Below are positions 28,848-38,933 of a stretch of DNA of 64,000 bases, piece after piece. The stretch is from a virus, in the IMG/VR virus record IMGVR_UViG_3300010885_023630, positions 1 to 64,000 of that record; one strand, given 5' to 3'. The notes under the pieces were generated by a model. It was not told the DNA's origin. It saw only the letters and a program-made list of their open reading frames with translations, and made no database searches. Each line of letters starts with the position of its first letter. Position 1 is the first letter of the stretch. Made by a program: the position numbers and the translations under genes.

Positions 28848-31800
28848 CTATCGCTGAGTTATTAATGGTGCGCCAAGATTAAGTTGCGACGCGGTAATTG
28901 CGCTAACAACTGTGATATCGTCAACTGTGGCTGCGGATGTAATAATTTCCCAGGGTTCAGAATTAATCTGGAAATAGTTACCAAATGGTGTGTTAGGGTT
29001 TTTAGGAACAATTAGAACACTAGCAACATTTGGTACCAACTGATTATGTAAGTATGCGGCTAATTCGCTAAAGTAAAAAGTGTCTCCAAAATTCCAGTTT
29101 GCTAGATCAAAGTATTTGTTAATGGCCACAATACATTGACTTTTAATTTCGTTAGATGTCATGCTAATCGCCGGGTTCATAACTACTTGAAATGTTGCTT
29201 GTAATTCCGGAACGGCCTTTTTGCCAAACAACGGTTTAAATCTTGCTGGACTGTATACTAGCGTATCGCTAATTGCTTTATAATCATTTAATGCGCTATA
29301 GGCAATTTCTAAACTACTGCTTGTAGGTGGCACAGGTGGTGTGTTTAAAGCACCGGTTAAGTCCTTTAGATAGTTAATGTAATTTGTAGCATAATCGCTA
29401 GTTAAAATATACACGTCAAGGATATTTACAGGAGTAGGATCAATTCTGTTACGTCCTGGAGCATTGTGTTGATACTGGAAATACAAATTATTTCTTGAGT
29501 GTGTGTTAGAAATTTTAGTGTACAGGTCAGGATCATCTGGTACACCTTCCATCTGTGTGGTAGGAAATGTAATTAGCACCCGAGAATCATCTACATATCC
29601 ATCGTTGTCTGTTTTAACATTGTAAATTCTCCAAACAATGTCACTACCTAACGAATAGGTAGAATCGCAATGCGTATTAATTTTTAATACTTTAATAACA
29701 TCGCCAATATTTTTTCCTGTCTTGGAATTAAACGCCTTAGAGTGTGGATCAAAATAAAATTTAGTATTAGCGGCACTGGCAAAAACATACTCTAATGTTT
29801 TATTACTAATAGTATATTGCCCTTGATCATAAGAGAATTTTAATAGCCAACTTGTATCTACACCAATTACCGATGGAGGGACATTTGCCCAGGTCATATT
29901 GACTTGATCGTAGGTCAGTCCAAATGTAACTTTGGCACGAATTTGATTAATAATTGTAGTAATTAACGTGTTAGTTAAGTTATTTTTATAAGGCGGAATT
30001 ATTGTTGCTTTTCCGCCAAGTAATGTTGCTCCATCTGGGACAACAGAACCAAAATTAACCAAACTTGGAGTAGTGATATCATTGTTTGAAACAGTACTAG
30101 TCACCGAAGCATATACATTACCACTTGTTGTGGTAAATCTTAAACTTGCTCCGGCCGAAACATATTTCAAGTTGCCCGATACCCCTTCGCCCACTTGCTG
30201 TTTTAGATTAGCAACAGTTAACCATCCTGAGCTAGAATTAGTTGATGTTTCGTATTGATCAAACGTAACATTTGCTGTTATTCCAAAACGGTTGTAATTG
30301 GCATAGTAATAATTACGCATTTCAACGCTATCAATCATTGGAATAATATCATTGTAGACTGCGGTATAAATGTCGTTGGGGTTTGAAAAATCAAATGTTG
30401 TTGATTTAATAATTGTGTTAGAGAATATTTCTCCGTCTTCGCCGAGAATATTTGTGGTGCTATAAGTACCTGTTGGATCTAATGTGTCAAGATACATACT
30501 AACGCCAGAACTTGAACGATTAGTAGTTTTAATCTTTTGAATACTATTAAAAGTGGTCTGCGGAAATATATTATAATCCTCAGCAGTAATCATACGATTT
30601 TGTGTATAGTACTGTTGAGGAGCATTAGTTTTAATATCTGCTAATGTCTGTGTTGCGCTGGCGTTGGTAATGCTATACTTCAAGCTGGCCGTAACAGTTA
30701 ATGTTTCGGCTGTATTTTTTGCACTGATGTACGGTAACGCAATAGTAACGCTGGCCATATCGTCGGGGCTAATAGAATAGCTTGTTCCGTTACTGGTACG
30801 GAAATAAAATACAAAAGATCCCTGCGGAATATTTGCAAAGGCTCCGTCGCCAAATACCAAGTTGACTTTGTCAGACACTTGTGAATTGATTTGGTATAAA
30901 TTTTTATCGCTTGACTGATTGTAAATTACGTTAATGCCCGACACCGCAGGAACTTTATGCCATGCGGTAGATGGTGCTCCGCCTACATCTAAACTGTATA
31001 GCCACTGGTCGTCGTTGGTAATATTGGGTGTATTAACAAAGACTGAATTGTTTGGTGTGGCATTTAAGATATCAAATTGTGTAGCAACTAAACTTCCTTG
31101 TTTAATATATGTAAAGAATCCGGTATTGTTACTTCCGTTACCGTTATTGTCATTTCTATACAATAGATTAAACTTACCAGGGACCGTTGGATCGTCTTGA
31201 TAAATGTATGTTTTACCGACTGTGGTTGCGCTAACTGCTTCAAAAGGAATTAAAGTACCTTGTACATTAACGTTGAATCCGGCAACTGGCAATGAATTTG
31301 TGTTTAATGCTACAGAATATTCATCTGTTTGTATGCTGTTTATTTTAGCTGAGTTTTTAGGTTTACCAATGGTTTGATTGGCCACTAAACTAGCATTGAT
31401 AATTGTAGTAAATTGTTCTAACCAGTTTTCGTTAGTTAGATCGTTCCAATGAATAACATTATTTGATAAATTAATACCCGAACTGTCTGTTAAGATTTCG
31501 CTAGTTTTAACACTATCAATCTTTAGTAAGCCACTTGCGGCGGTAGTGCGCTGTGGATTGTAACTCAGCATACGTGCTAGTTTAAGAATACTGTCACGGC
31601 GCTGTGCGGTATCGATAAAGTTTTCTCGAGCATTTAAGTCGGCACGGAATGCTAGACTTTGTCCCAAAAAGGCAATCATGTCAATTAAAGCAATATACTC
31701 ACTGCTTTCTAAATAGTCATTGAATGTTTCTGGATGATTTGTTTTTAGATAGCTGAGCATTGAACTACGAAGTGTTTCAAAGTCGTAGCTTGTAAAGTCA

Positions 31801-31877
31801 GCGTTCGTAAAAGATTGGTATATCTTGGTCCAGTCTTGTTGAACTAGTAGATTGCTTTGACGAGTAGTTTGTGCCAT
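28848..31877 (-). CDS. gp6: Baseplate wedge subunit gp6-like
   Basis: DFTSYDFETLR..FNDYLESSE..ARENFIDTAQRRDSILKLARMLSYNP and QNRMITAEDY are characteristic of T4 gp6. Confidence 0.85.
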   Translation of the reverse strand: MAQTTRQSNLLVQQDWTKIYQSFTNADFTSYDFETLRSSMLSYLKTNHPETFNDYLESSEYIALIDMIAFLGQSLAFRADLNARENFIDTAQRRDSILKLARMLSYNPQRTTAASGLLKIDSVKTSEILTDSSGINLSNNVIHWNDLTNENWLEQFTTIINASLVANQTIGKPKNSAKINSIQTDEYSVALNTNSLPVAGFNVNVQGTLIPFEAVSATTVGKTYIYQDDPTVPGKFNLLYRNDNNGNGSNNTGFFTYIKQGSLVATQFDILNATPNNSVFVNTPNITNDDQWLYSLDVGGAPSTAWHKVPAVSGINVIYNQSSDKNLYQINSQVSDKVNLVFGDGAFANIPQGSFVFYFRTSNGTSYSISPDDMASVTIALPYISAKNTAETLTVTASLKYSITNASATQTLADIKTNAPQQYYTQNRMITAEDYNIFPQTTFNSIQKIKTTNRSSSGVSMYLDTLDPTGTYSTTNILGEDGEIFSNTIIKSTTFDFSNPNDIYTAVYNDIIPMIDSVEMRNYYYANYNRFGITANVTFDQYETSTNSSSGWLTVANLKQQVGEGVSGNLKYVSAGASLRFTTTSGNVYASVTSTVSNNDITTPSLVNFGSVVPDGATLLGGKATIIPPYKNNLTNTLITTIINQIRAKVTFGLTYDQVNMTWANVPPSVIGVDTSWLLKFSYDQGQYTISNKTLEYVFASAANTKFYFDPHSKAFNSKTGKNIGDVIKVLKINTHCDSTYSLGSDIVWRIYNVKTDNDGYVDDSRVLITFPTTQMEGVPDDPDLYTKISNTHSRNNLYFQYQHNAPGRNRIDPTPVNILDVYILTSDYATNYINYLKDLTGALNTPPVPPTSSSLEIAYSALNDYKAISDTLVYSPARFKPLFGKKAVPELQATFQVVMNPAISMTSNEIKSQCIVAINKYFDLANWNFGDTFYFSELAAYLHNQLVPNVASVLIVPKNPNTPFGNYFQINSEPWEIITSAATVDDITVVSAITASQLNLGAPLITQR

Positions 31878-31924
31878 ATGATTTACCTATTATTAAGTAT
31901 TTATTTAGATAATAATATGGCTAC

Positions 31925-32299
31925 TTAATTGGTGGTCAACGTTCGTGCGTTTTGATCAAAGTTCAAAGCAATAGTATCAACTTGATTGGTGTGTACATAG
32001 GACAATGTAATCTGTACTAAAATTCCGTTTGTTTGTTGTTTAACTACCACTTGTCCGGCAGTTAATCTAGGATCGTAACCGATGATTCTATTAATATCTT
32101 CTTGTATTGTTTGACGTATGTTGTCAGTTAATGGCTCAAACAGTAAACTCCAGATAATTGTTCCAAAGTTTGGCTGCATCAGCTTTTCGCCTTTGCGTAT
32201 ATTAAAATAGTTAATTAAGTCTTGTTTAGCCAATTCAAAATCATTCAGAGTAAAATTCTTAGGTTTTGATATTGTACTAAATCCACGATATGTTATCAT
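31925..32299 (-). CDS. gp25: Baseplate wedge subunit gp25-like
   Basis: KQDLINYFNIRKGEKLMQPNFGTIIWSLLFEP..DPR matches the GPW/gp25 pattern. Confidence 0.9.
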   Translation of the reverse strand: MITYRGFSTISKPKNFTLNDFELAKQDLINYFNIRKGEKLMQPNFGTIIWSLLFEPLTDNIRQTIQEDINRIIGYDPRLTAGQVVVKQQTNGILVQITLSYVHTNQVDTIALNFDQNARTLTTN

Positions 32300-32307
32300 A
32301 ATAGTAT

Positions 32308-32964
32308 TTATTGACTTAAAACCGCCACTGCGTAGCGGCCACTGTTATACTGATTAGCCGCATTTCCTACAGCAAAATTGCGCCAGGCCCAGGCACCTGT
32401 GCCCATTCTATTGTCAGCAGTTGGAGTATTGCCAGCTCCTAATGCCCACCCCACATACAACATTCCAGCTACTATGTCATTTGTATCTGCGTCTGTGATT
32501 GCTTGATTTTTAGTCATGTCTTGATACAAGTCGTACAAACGTTGGTATGCCAGATGTTCTTGTGAACTTTGCGAAATTAAAAAATTGCTGGCATTATGTA
32601 TATTGTACAAAAACCCTGATTTTAATTTTGACGCAAAGGCTGTACCGGTCCAACAACTTACGTAATTAACACAGGAATTACCAAAATGACTGTTTGACCC
32701 CGGTTGTAAGAAACCGTATTCTTCTAGTGTAACACTATCAAATTGATAGCGGCCTAATTCGTTGTTTGGCCCAACTTTTTTATAATCCCACTCACTTAAA
32801 TCGTAAGCTATTTGTGCTTGGAGATTTTTTATTTCTGTGACAGTTAATCTATTAAAATTTGATGTTGAGGGAACCGATAAAGGGGCATCAGGTAGCCCTA
32901 GCCAGCTCACTGGCAAGGGATTAGTTACCGGTGTGCCTGTTGTAGTTCTAAATCCTGCGTCCAT
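32308..32964 (-). CDS. Lysozyme-like-fold protein downstream of gp5, possibly inactive
   Basis: LGRYQFDSVTLEEYGF resembles the G(R/K)YQF motif of muramidase/transglycosylase-like folds. Confidence 0.4.
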   Translation of the reverse strand: MDAGFRTTTGTPVTNPLPVSWLGLPDAPLSVPSTSNFNRLTVTEIKNLQAQIAYDLSEWDYKKVGPNNELGRYQFDSVTLEEYGFLQPGSNSHFGNSCVNYVSCWTGTAFASKLKSGFLYNIHNASNFLISQSSQEHLAYQRLYDLYQDMTKNQAITDADTNDIVAGMLYVGWALGAGNTPTADNRMGTGAWAWRNFAVGNAANQYNSGRYAVAVLSQ

Positions 32965-32965
32965 C

Positions 32966-34414
32966 TTAGAATCCTAACATATTTGCTGACGGGGGTATCT
33001 GATGATTTGGTCGTTTTCCGTCAGCTGTAGTCCAGGGTTCGTGCGCCGGAGCCACTGTACAAATTGATTCAAGAGCACCTTCTTGAACAACCCAGTTTTT
33101 TCCCGACAATCCTGTGTCCATTAAACTATTTTTCTTTGCTGGCGCCACCGGTAATATAGGCACAGCAATTCCGCAGTTTAACATAACTGTTGCGCCGTTG
33201 ACTCGTGCAATGCCCATGCTTCCAACGCTACATACTGCTCCGCCAAATATACTGGCCATTGTTACACTACCAAGACTCAGTGGGCCGTCGGAGTGGGCAG
33301 TTAACCCCATTAAAGATTTTAAAGATATAGCACCATCCGATGAGATTATAATTCCATTGGCGCCGGCTTTTTGTCCGCCACTGGCATTCATTTTAATAGC
33401 AGGCGCCTGCATACTAATAAGCGCATCACTGTGAAAATTCATAGGGCCTTTTGTTCTGACATTAAATCCAGCTTGAGCAAAAATATTCATTTGCCCGTTG
33501 TTACTAAACTCTATCCAATGTGCTCCGCTGGCGCTGGCAATATATAAGACATTTTCTGTGTCATTCATTAATATTTGATGCCCGTTGGTAGTACGCAATC
33601 TAATCAATTGGTCGGTGCCTTCGGGATCTTGACCGCCCGTGGCTGCACCATCGTCCATGACAAACTGATGCCCACCTTTTCTAAAAGCCACTACATCGCC
33701 GGAATCGGGACTGCCATTTGGTTTACGTCCCGGTGTACTAATTCCGTATACGTTACTAGGAACTTCTCGCATACTACTCGAACTAATTGCTCCGCGTATT
33801 GGATCTCTATCCAATCCTTGAGCAATTAAAACAGAAGCTTGATATAAATGAGCATTTCTAGGTGTTGTTGTTAATCCGTCGGAGTCAAACGCAGTTTTGG
33901 CTTTTGTACTATATTCTCCCACTGGCAATATAGAATTTGAAAATGTTTCTGCTGATAGTTGTTTAGGGACTGTTGTTTTATCTTTGCCACCAATGTTACG
34001 ACCGTTAGCAGGAACCATATGGTGACTCGGACTATCGTATATACAAGCAAACCAGAAACCTCTATCTCTGTCTCCGTTGACAAACACGCATAATACTTGA
34101 CTACCAACGTCAGGCGGTACCATCCACATGCCGTAACTTTGTCCTGCTGTTACTTCATTGTCTGGCAACTCTTGTGTGTCTGTTCCAAATGTTTTTCCGT
34201 AAAAAGGACTTGCGTAACTGACTGTTAAATACCGTTCTTCATTGTTAGGAGTAGATCCAAATTCTGGAATATAAACTTTAAGTTGTCCCATCCTGGTGCC
34301 CTTGACATGGGAAATTACCGTGCCAATATAAGGACCGGGGTCTTTTTGTATACCTTCTCGTTCGCCAGAATCAGTACTATCTCTACCGGCGCCTGATTTT
34401 ACATTATCTTCCAT
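32966..34414 (-). CDS. gp5: Baseplate central spike gp5-like (OB-fold plus beta-helix, no internal lysozyme seen)
   Basis: GPYIGTV..RMGQLKVYIP..YASPF..GMWMVPPDVGSQVLCVF..GDRDRGFW; GHQFVMDD..IRLRTTNGHQILMND; C-terminal APAHEPW. Confidence 0.8.
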   Translation of the reverse strand: MEDNVKSGAGRDSTDSGEREGIQKDPGPYIGTVISHVKGTRMGQLKVYIPEFGSTPNNEERYLTVSYASPFYGKTFGTDTQELPDNEVTAGQSYGMWMVPPDVGSQVLCVFVNGDRDRGFWFACIYDSPSHHMVPANGRNIGGKDKTTVPKQLSAETFSNSILPVGEYSTKAKTAFDSDGLTTTPRNAHLYQASVLIAQGLDRDPIRGAISSSSMREVPSNVYGISTPGRKPNGSPDSGDVVAFRKGGHQFVMDDGAATGGQDPEGTDQLIRLRTTNGHQILMNDTENVLYIASASGAHWIEFSNNGQMNIFAQAGFNVRTKGPMNFHSDALISMQAPAIKMNASGGQKAGANGIIISSDGAISLKSLMGLTAHSDGPLSLGSVTMASIFGGAVCSVGSMGIARVNGATVMLNCGIAVPILPVAPAKKNSLMDTGLSGKNWVVQEGALESICTVAPAHEPWTTADGKRPNHQIPPSANMLGF

Positions 34415-34417
34415 TGA

Positions 34418-36541
34418 TTACTCTCTTGCATTGTTGACAATTAACGTTTGTGTTCCGCCCAATGTAACAACTCCGTTTTTAGTTGCTGTAGCACTTTGAT
34501 TTAATTTATTTAAATCAATTGACTGTTGTACCTGACTACGCAGGCCCGTTTTGGCTTTTTGATACTTGGCAATATAGTCTTGGTTTATATACCTAGTCAT
34601 ATTTAACTTTTGCGTAAACTGACCTTTTTCAAATGTACTGTCAACACTGACTATTTTGTACTGTCCAGAAAATACACTTGAGGACTGCGATATACTTGGA
34701 TCAGGAAACCCAAGTCCTTTATTTTGCCCTTCGTATTCTGTATCCATATCAAGTATGGTGTTTATGTTAAACAGTACCGGGATTTCTCCAGTATCCATAC
34801 GCATGTGGCCATATTTTGCCATAAACTGTGTTTGTGATTCCCATTTATTATAGCGTGTTGATTCTGTTGGGCTTGGTATATATAACCAATCGTCTTGTTT
34901 TAGTAAAGTAGGGTCTCCAACTATGGTTATATCAACACCAACCATATCACCATTGTTGCGGCTATATAATCCTCTGAGAACATCTATACCATCTTGTGCC
35001 GGTGGATTATTTAAGATACCAAAACCTCTTGTTGCTGAGGCAGATGCTGTGGTTGGTAAAATCTTCATTGGGGAAACTGTGGGCACAGCCCCAAGTTGTG
35101 TGTACAATCGAGAAAATAAATTAGGATTTAAAAAGATAGTACCTTGTTGATTTAAAATATTCCATTTTAGCGAATCCGGTGTTGCCGCTTGTGCCACAAC
35201 CACATCTTTAAAAGCATTAACCGGTGTAAAATAAGAATGTTTAAAATCCAATTTCATATTAATAATGTCAATATTTTGACCAGTATAGTAATAATCATAT
35301 TGCTTACAGTTGTAAGGTATACTATCCGAAAATAAAGGTAATTTTGGATGATTGCTGGTCCAGGTAGAGTATTGATGTATCTTATATTTTACTTTTCTAG
35401 CGTAGCACCCACGTTTAGGATCAAATGCCTGTGTGCCTACTTGTATGCCACCATTTTTATCTATTCCCTGGTACGTAACTGCCGCCACAGTTCTGAATGC
35501 GTTAAAGATGCCTTCTTGATTTCCGCTGGCGTCTGGGCTTTGTAGTTTTAACTGAGTTTGAATAATATACTCTGATGCGGCCAATATACGATTAATAATA
35601 TCAACAATGGGCGTATCTTTTTTTATATTAAATCTTCGTTTGTTGATATTCAATCCTGTTGTTTCAGCGGCGCCTTCCATTGTGGCAGCGTCTAATAGAG
35701 AACTATCATTTTTAAATGTAATTTTACTTTTTGCTATTGCCGGATTAATATCAAATTCGTACTGATCAGCAAGTCCGTAACCTTTACCAACTTGCTGTTT
35801 ATAGTAGTTGTTTAGTCTGGCTGTAAATGAATTAGGTTTATCTTTATTAAAAAAATCATCAACGGTTTCTGCTTCAATGCCGTCTATGTTTGTTTGAACT
35901 TTTCCGTGTTCGTTTCCCCAGGCCTTGGCGCCCCAATTGGTAAAATCAAATACATACTCTGTTCCCTTAGAAGAACTATGAGTGATAGCACTATTATTAA
36001 TTCTAATAGGAAAACGTTTTCTGTATAAATTTGTCAAGCTGTCTGGTATAGGATTACCAGCATCGTCCCATCCTTTGAAATTTAATTCTAGTAGCCACGG
36101 TCTGTCTACCCAGCTTTCAAATTGTTTTGACTGGACATTAAAACTTGCAGCAACCATAGCATCAATTAAACTAATGCCATAAGGTTCAACTATAGTAATT
36201 TTTCCTTCTATTTGATTAGAATGTCTATTTCTTTCGTTAAGTGCTAGTGTAGTAAGAAATTGTACTTTTTCAATATTAAAATTTAATCCAAACGTGCTCG
36301 GTAGCCGGCGGGTTGGATAAAGCCCAGCATCTTCGGCAATTACATAACTACTTGTACTTAATTCATATGCCAATGCTTGGTCAACATCCGGGGAAGTCAT
36401 TAAATTGTTGTAATCGTCTATGTCCAGCCACCACAATGTGAATGTGTAGGTAGAGCTTGCCCAATCGTGTAGCGGGTTTAATACTATATTACAAGGTGAT
36501 GGAGCACGAATATCAACCTGAGGTAAAACTGGGTTTGCCAT
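34418..36541 (-). CDS. Baseplate hub protein (gp27-like)
   Basis: Between the gp53-like gene and gp5; C-terminal ITIVGDP..FSGQYKIVSVDSTFEKGQFTQKL is typical of hub proteins. Confidence 0.6.
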   Translation of the reverse strand: MANPVLPQVDIRAPSPCNIVLNPLHDWASSTYTFTLWWLDIDDYNNLMTSPDVDQALAYELSTSSYVIAEDAGLYPTRRLPSTFGLNFNIEKVQFLTTLALNERNRHSNQIEGKITIVEPYGISLIDAMVAASFNVQSKQFESWVDRPWLLELNFKGWDDAGNPIPDSLTNLYRKRFPIRINNSAITHSSSKGTEYVFDFTNWGAKAWGNEHGKVQTNIDGIEAETVDDFFNKDKPNSFTARLNNYYKQQVGKGYGLADQYEFDINPAIAKSKITFKNDSSLLDAATMEGAAETTGLNINKRRFNIKKDTPIVDIINRILAASEYIIQTQLKLQSPDASGNQEGIFNAFRTVAAVTYQGIDKNGGIQVGTQAFDPKRGCYARKVKYKIHQYSTWTSNHPKLPLFSDSIPYNCKQYDYYYTGQNIDIINMKLDFKHSYFTPVNAFKDVVVAQAATPDSLKWNILNQQGTIFLNPNLFSRLYTQLGAVPTVSPMKILPTTASASATRGFGILNNPPAQDGIDVLRGLYSRNNGDMVGVDITIVGDPTLLKQDDWLYIPSPTESTRYNKWESQTQFMAKYGHMRMDTGEIPVLFNINTILDMDTEYEGQNKGLGFPDPSISQSSSVFSGQYKIVSVDSTFEKGQFTQKLNMTRYINQDYIAKYQKAKTGLRSQVQQSIDLNKLNQSATATKNGVVTLGGTQTLIVNNARE

Positions 36542-36542
36542 A

Positions 36543-36842
36543 TTAAACTCCTAGGTTTTGTTTGACCACCGCTATAGTAGGAACATATATAATTGTTCCG
36601 GTAGTGAAGTTCATGAGTGGGTCTAATAGAATATCTGGATTGCGTACAGCAAATACCCACCATAGGTTACTGTCTTTATAAATGTCGTGCGCTAATAGAT
36701 CTGGCCGTAAATTGTATTGCGAGTCGATTTGATACACAGCGTCACTGACATCGGGTTCGATAGTTTTTCCGGGCCAAACATCTAAGAATTGCCCCCATAG
36801 TTGAGTGCCATAGTATGGACTTGCTTTGCTATAGGTAGACAT
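36543..36842 (-). CDS. gp53: Baseplate wedge LysM-like protein gp53-like
   Basis: RPDLLAHDIYKDSNLWWVFAVRN..GTIIYVP LysM-like signature. Confidence 0.75.
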   Translation of the reverse strand: MSTYSKASPYYGTQLWGQFLDVWPGKTIEPDVSDAVYQIDSQYNLRPDLLAHDIYKDSNLWWVFAVRNPDILLDPLMNFTTGTIIYVPTIAVVKQNLGV

Positions 36843-37873
36843 TATAGGAATCCGCCCACTGGAGGGCTAGTTACGTTTTTAGCTTTCTGACTCACACCAA
36901 ATGCAGTTACTGGATTTCCACCGGCTACTCCTCTGCCACCGCCCTGAGCATTGACCAATGCCCCGCGAGCAAAATCTTCAAGACTATAGCCGCCACTCTG
37001 TGCCATGCGACTGTAGACCGGCTGTAATGATAAAGTTATTTTACTGGTAGTAGGCATTCGTGTGCTGTTCAACGCTAAACTTTGTGTCTGGTATCTAGGA
37101 TTGTAAGCTGTCTGTGTAACTTGAACTTCGGGAATATCCATGTAGTCAACGTCCGATGGCATAGTGTGAGCGAAACTTGTTACCACACAAGGAACGTTGG
37201 GCAAATAATATTGTCCATATCCGTTTAAGAACACCAATGGCGGAGGGTTACCTGCTTTGGGATCCATACCAAAAAACATTTTTGTTAATGCTCTAAAAAA
37301 GTAAATTGTGGCCATTAAGTATTGACCTTCGTCGACACTTTGTACAGTAAACTCAGTGTTGATAGTAATTGCTTCTACTTCTGAATTTTCATAAAAATAA
37401 CTAGTGTAGTTATTATGTGTAAGTTTTTGTGGGGTGTAATTTGCCTTGTGTGTTACTGTAATTTCAGGCGTGTAAGGAAATACCACGCCAATCCTGTTGG
37501 CAAATTGGGCACCAGCTGCACGTCCAATGGCGTTGGCAATGGCATTTGCCGCCCCAGAACTGGCCGGTTCTTTCCATAATGGTTGCATTACTAGATTTGA
37601 TTTGTCAGCATAAAAATAATCGGCGCCCCTGGGCAAACTAACACGCACCCGCCAGTCTGTACTAGCATCAGGGAAAATATACTGCGGCGTAGCCTGTGAT
37701 TGCGTTGTGCTGTACCTAAACATACCAGCTACGTTTAGTGGCTCGTGTCCCAAGGCTCCGCTTTGCCCAAGGCCACCCAAGGCGCTGGAAGTAACAGCGT
37801 TAATTATCGTGTCGCCGATGTTTTGTCCTTGTATAGAAGCGCCCGGTAGCACGGAGTTTGGTAATACTGGCAT
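36842..37873 (-). CDS. Baseplate/tail-tube initiator protein (gp48/gp54-like)
   Basis: VFPYTPEI..GNPPPLVFLNGYG..PCVVTSF tube-like fold; GGTAAATA motif upstream. Start MPVLPN at 37873. Confidence 0.55.
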   Translation of the reverse strand: MPVLPNSVLPGASIQGQNIGDTIINAVTSSALGGLGQSGALGHEPLNVAGMFRYSTTQSQATPQYIFPDASTDWRVRVSLPRGADYFYADKSNLVMQPLWKEPASSGAANAIANAIGRAAGAQFANRIGVVFPYTPEITVTHKANYTPQKLTHNNYTSYFYENSEVEAITINTEFTVQSVDEGQYLMATIYFFRALTKMFFGMDPKAGNPPPLVFLNGYGQYYLPNVPCVVTSFAHTMPSDVDYMDIPEVQVTQTAYNPRYQTQSLALNSTRMPTTSKITLSLQPVYSRMAQSGGYSLEDFARGALVNAQGGGRGVAGGNPVTAFGVSQKAKNVTSPPVGGFL

Positions 37874-37948
37874 AATTGTTTCCAATGGTTATATTGTATT
37901 TACCGAAGCCATAAACGGCTAAGATAATGTTTTAGTTTTTTAAAGAGG

Positions 37949-37978
37949 TTGACCTTTTGATGATAATTATGTTAGTAT
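37949..37978 (+). promoter_or_regulatory. Sigma70-type promoter for the late sigma gene
   Basis: TTGACC-N18-TAGTAT with extended -10 TG. Confidence 0.55.
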
Positions 37979-38002
37979 GTGCTAACTTTAAAGGATTCGA
38001 AG

Positions 38003-38887
38003 GTGCGCCATAATTATCTTAATAACAAAGACATTTTAAAAGAAATTCACAAGAGCAAAACAACCTACTGCTCATATATTAACAAAGTAGAAGATGCCGA
38101 TTATGACATTATTTTACCAGATGTTGATAAAATAAACAAAAAAAACATACTACAAGCCCGTAAAAATAGAGCAGAACGTCTTGCTAAACTAGCACACGAA
38201 GAAGCCACTAAAGACGGTGTTAAACGTAAACTCGACGAATTTGAAATTAAACTCAAAGACGTTGCTCAAACAGATGTGGTATTTCGCATCATGACATGGG
38301 ACCATATTCCAATTGATGATGTTAAAAGCCGAAAAGCCGCAGTTAAAGCAATGGAAGAAGAAGGCGGGCCAGTTCGTTCAGAATACGACGACGATGAGCT
38401 AGACCTAATCGGCAATACCAAATATGTCAAAGTAAATTTCCCGCCGTTTCAGCACTATCGTGTTGACACAGAAGGCGCACCTGTACTAGTGGGCAAAAGC
38501 CAATGGAAGGGTGATTTAACAACAGGTTCCTATAGCAGGGATCACGGAAACATGACGCCAAAATTGGCTCATATGTTTATTAAACTGTGTGAGCGTTATG
38601 CCACTCGCAGTAACTGGAGAGGATACACCTACAATGAAGAAATGCGCGGACAAGCCCTGTTACAACTCAGCCAAATTGGACTACAATTTGACGAATCAAA
38701 ATCGCAGAACCCTTTTGCGTATTATACTGCCGCTATCACTAATAGCTTTACTCGTGTCCTAAACATTGAAAAACGTAATCAGAACCTACGTGACGATATT
38801 TTAGAAATGAACAACCTAACCCCAAGTTACACACGTCAGGGAATGAAAATTAGTTCAGGTGGCGATGGTGGTGGCTACGACGATTGA
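38003..38887 (+). CDS. gp55: Late transcription sigma factor gp55-like
   Basis: NYLNNKDILKEI..NWRGYTYNEEM..FDESKSQNPFAYYT..SFTRVLNIEK; GTG start after AAGGA; lies before gp47/gp46 as in T4-like phages. Confidence 0.85.
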   Translation: MRHNYLNNKDILKEIHKSKTTYCSYINKVEDADYDIILPDVDKINKKNILQARKNRAERLAKLAHEEATKDGVKRKLDEFEIKLKDVAQTDVVFRIMTWDHIPIDDVKSRKAAVKAMEEEGGPVRSEYDDDELDLIGNTKYVKVNFPPFQHYRVDTEGAPVLVGKSQWKGDLTTGSYSRDHGNMTPKLAHMFIKLCERYATRSNWRGYTYNEEMRGQALLQLSQIGLQFDESKSQNPFAYYTAAITNSFTRVLNIEKRNQNLRDDILEMNNLTPSYTRQGMKISSGGDGGGYDD

Positions 38888-38898
38888 TAAAATTAGTG

Positions 38899-38927
38899 TT
38901 GACTAAGTCAACAAAGTAGTCTATACT
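38899..38927 (+). promoter_or_regulatory. Sigma70 promoter TTGACT-N17-TATACT with a palindrome over the -35 box
   Basis: The ATG at 38934 lies 6 nt after the -10 box; GTTGACT-A-AGTCAAC palindrome at 38898-38912. Confidence 0.7.
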
Positions 38928-38933
38928 GTTTAA

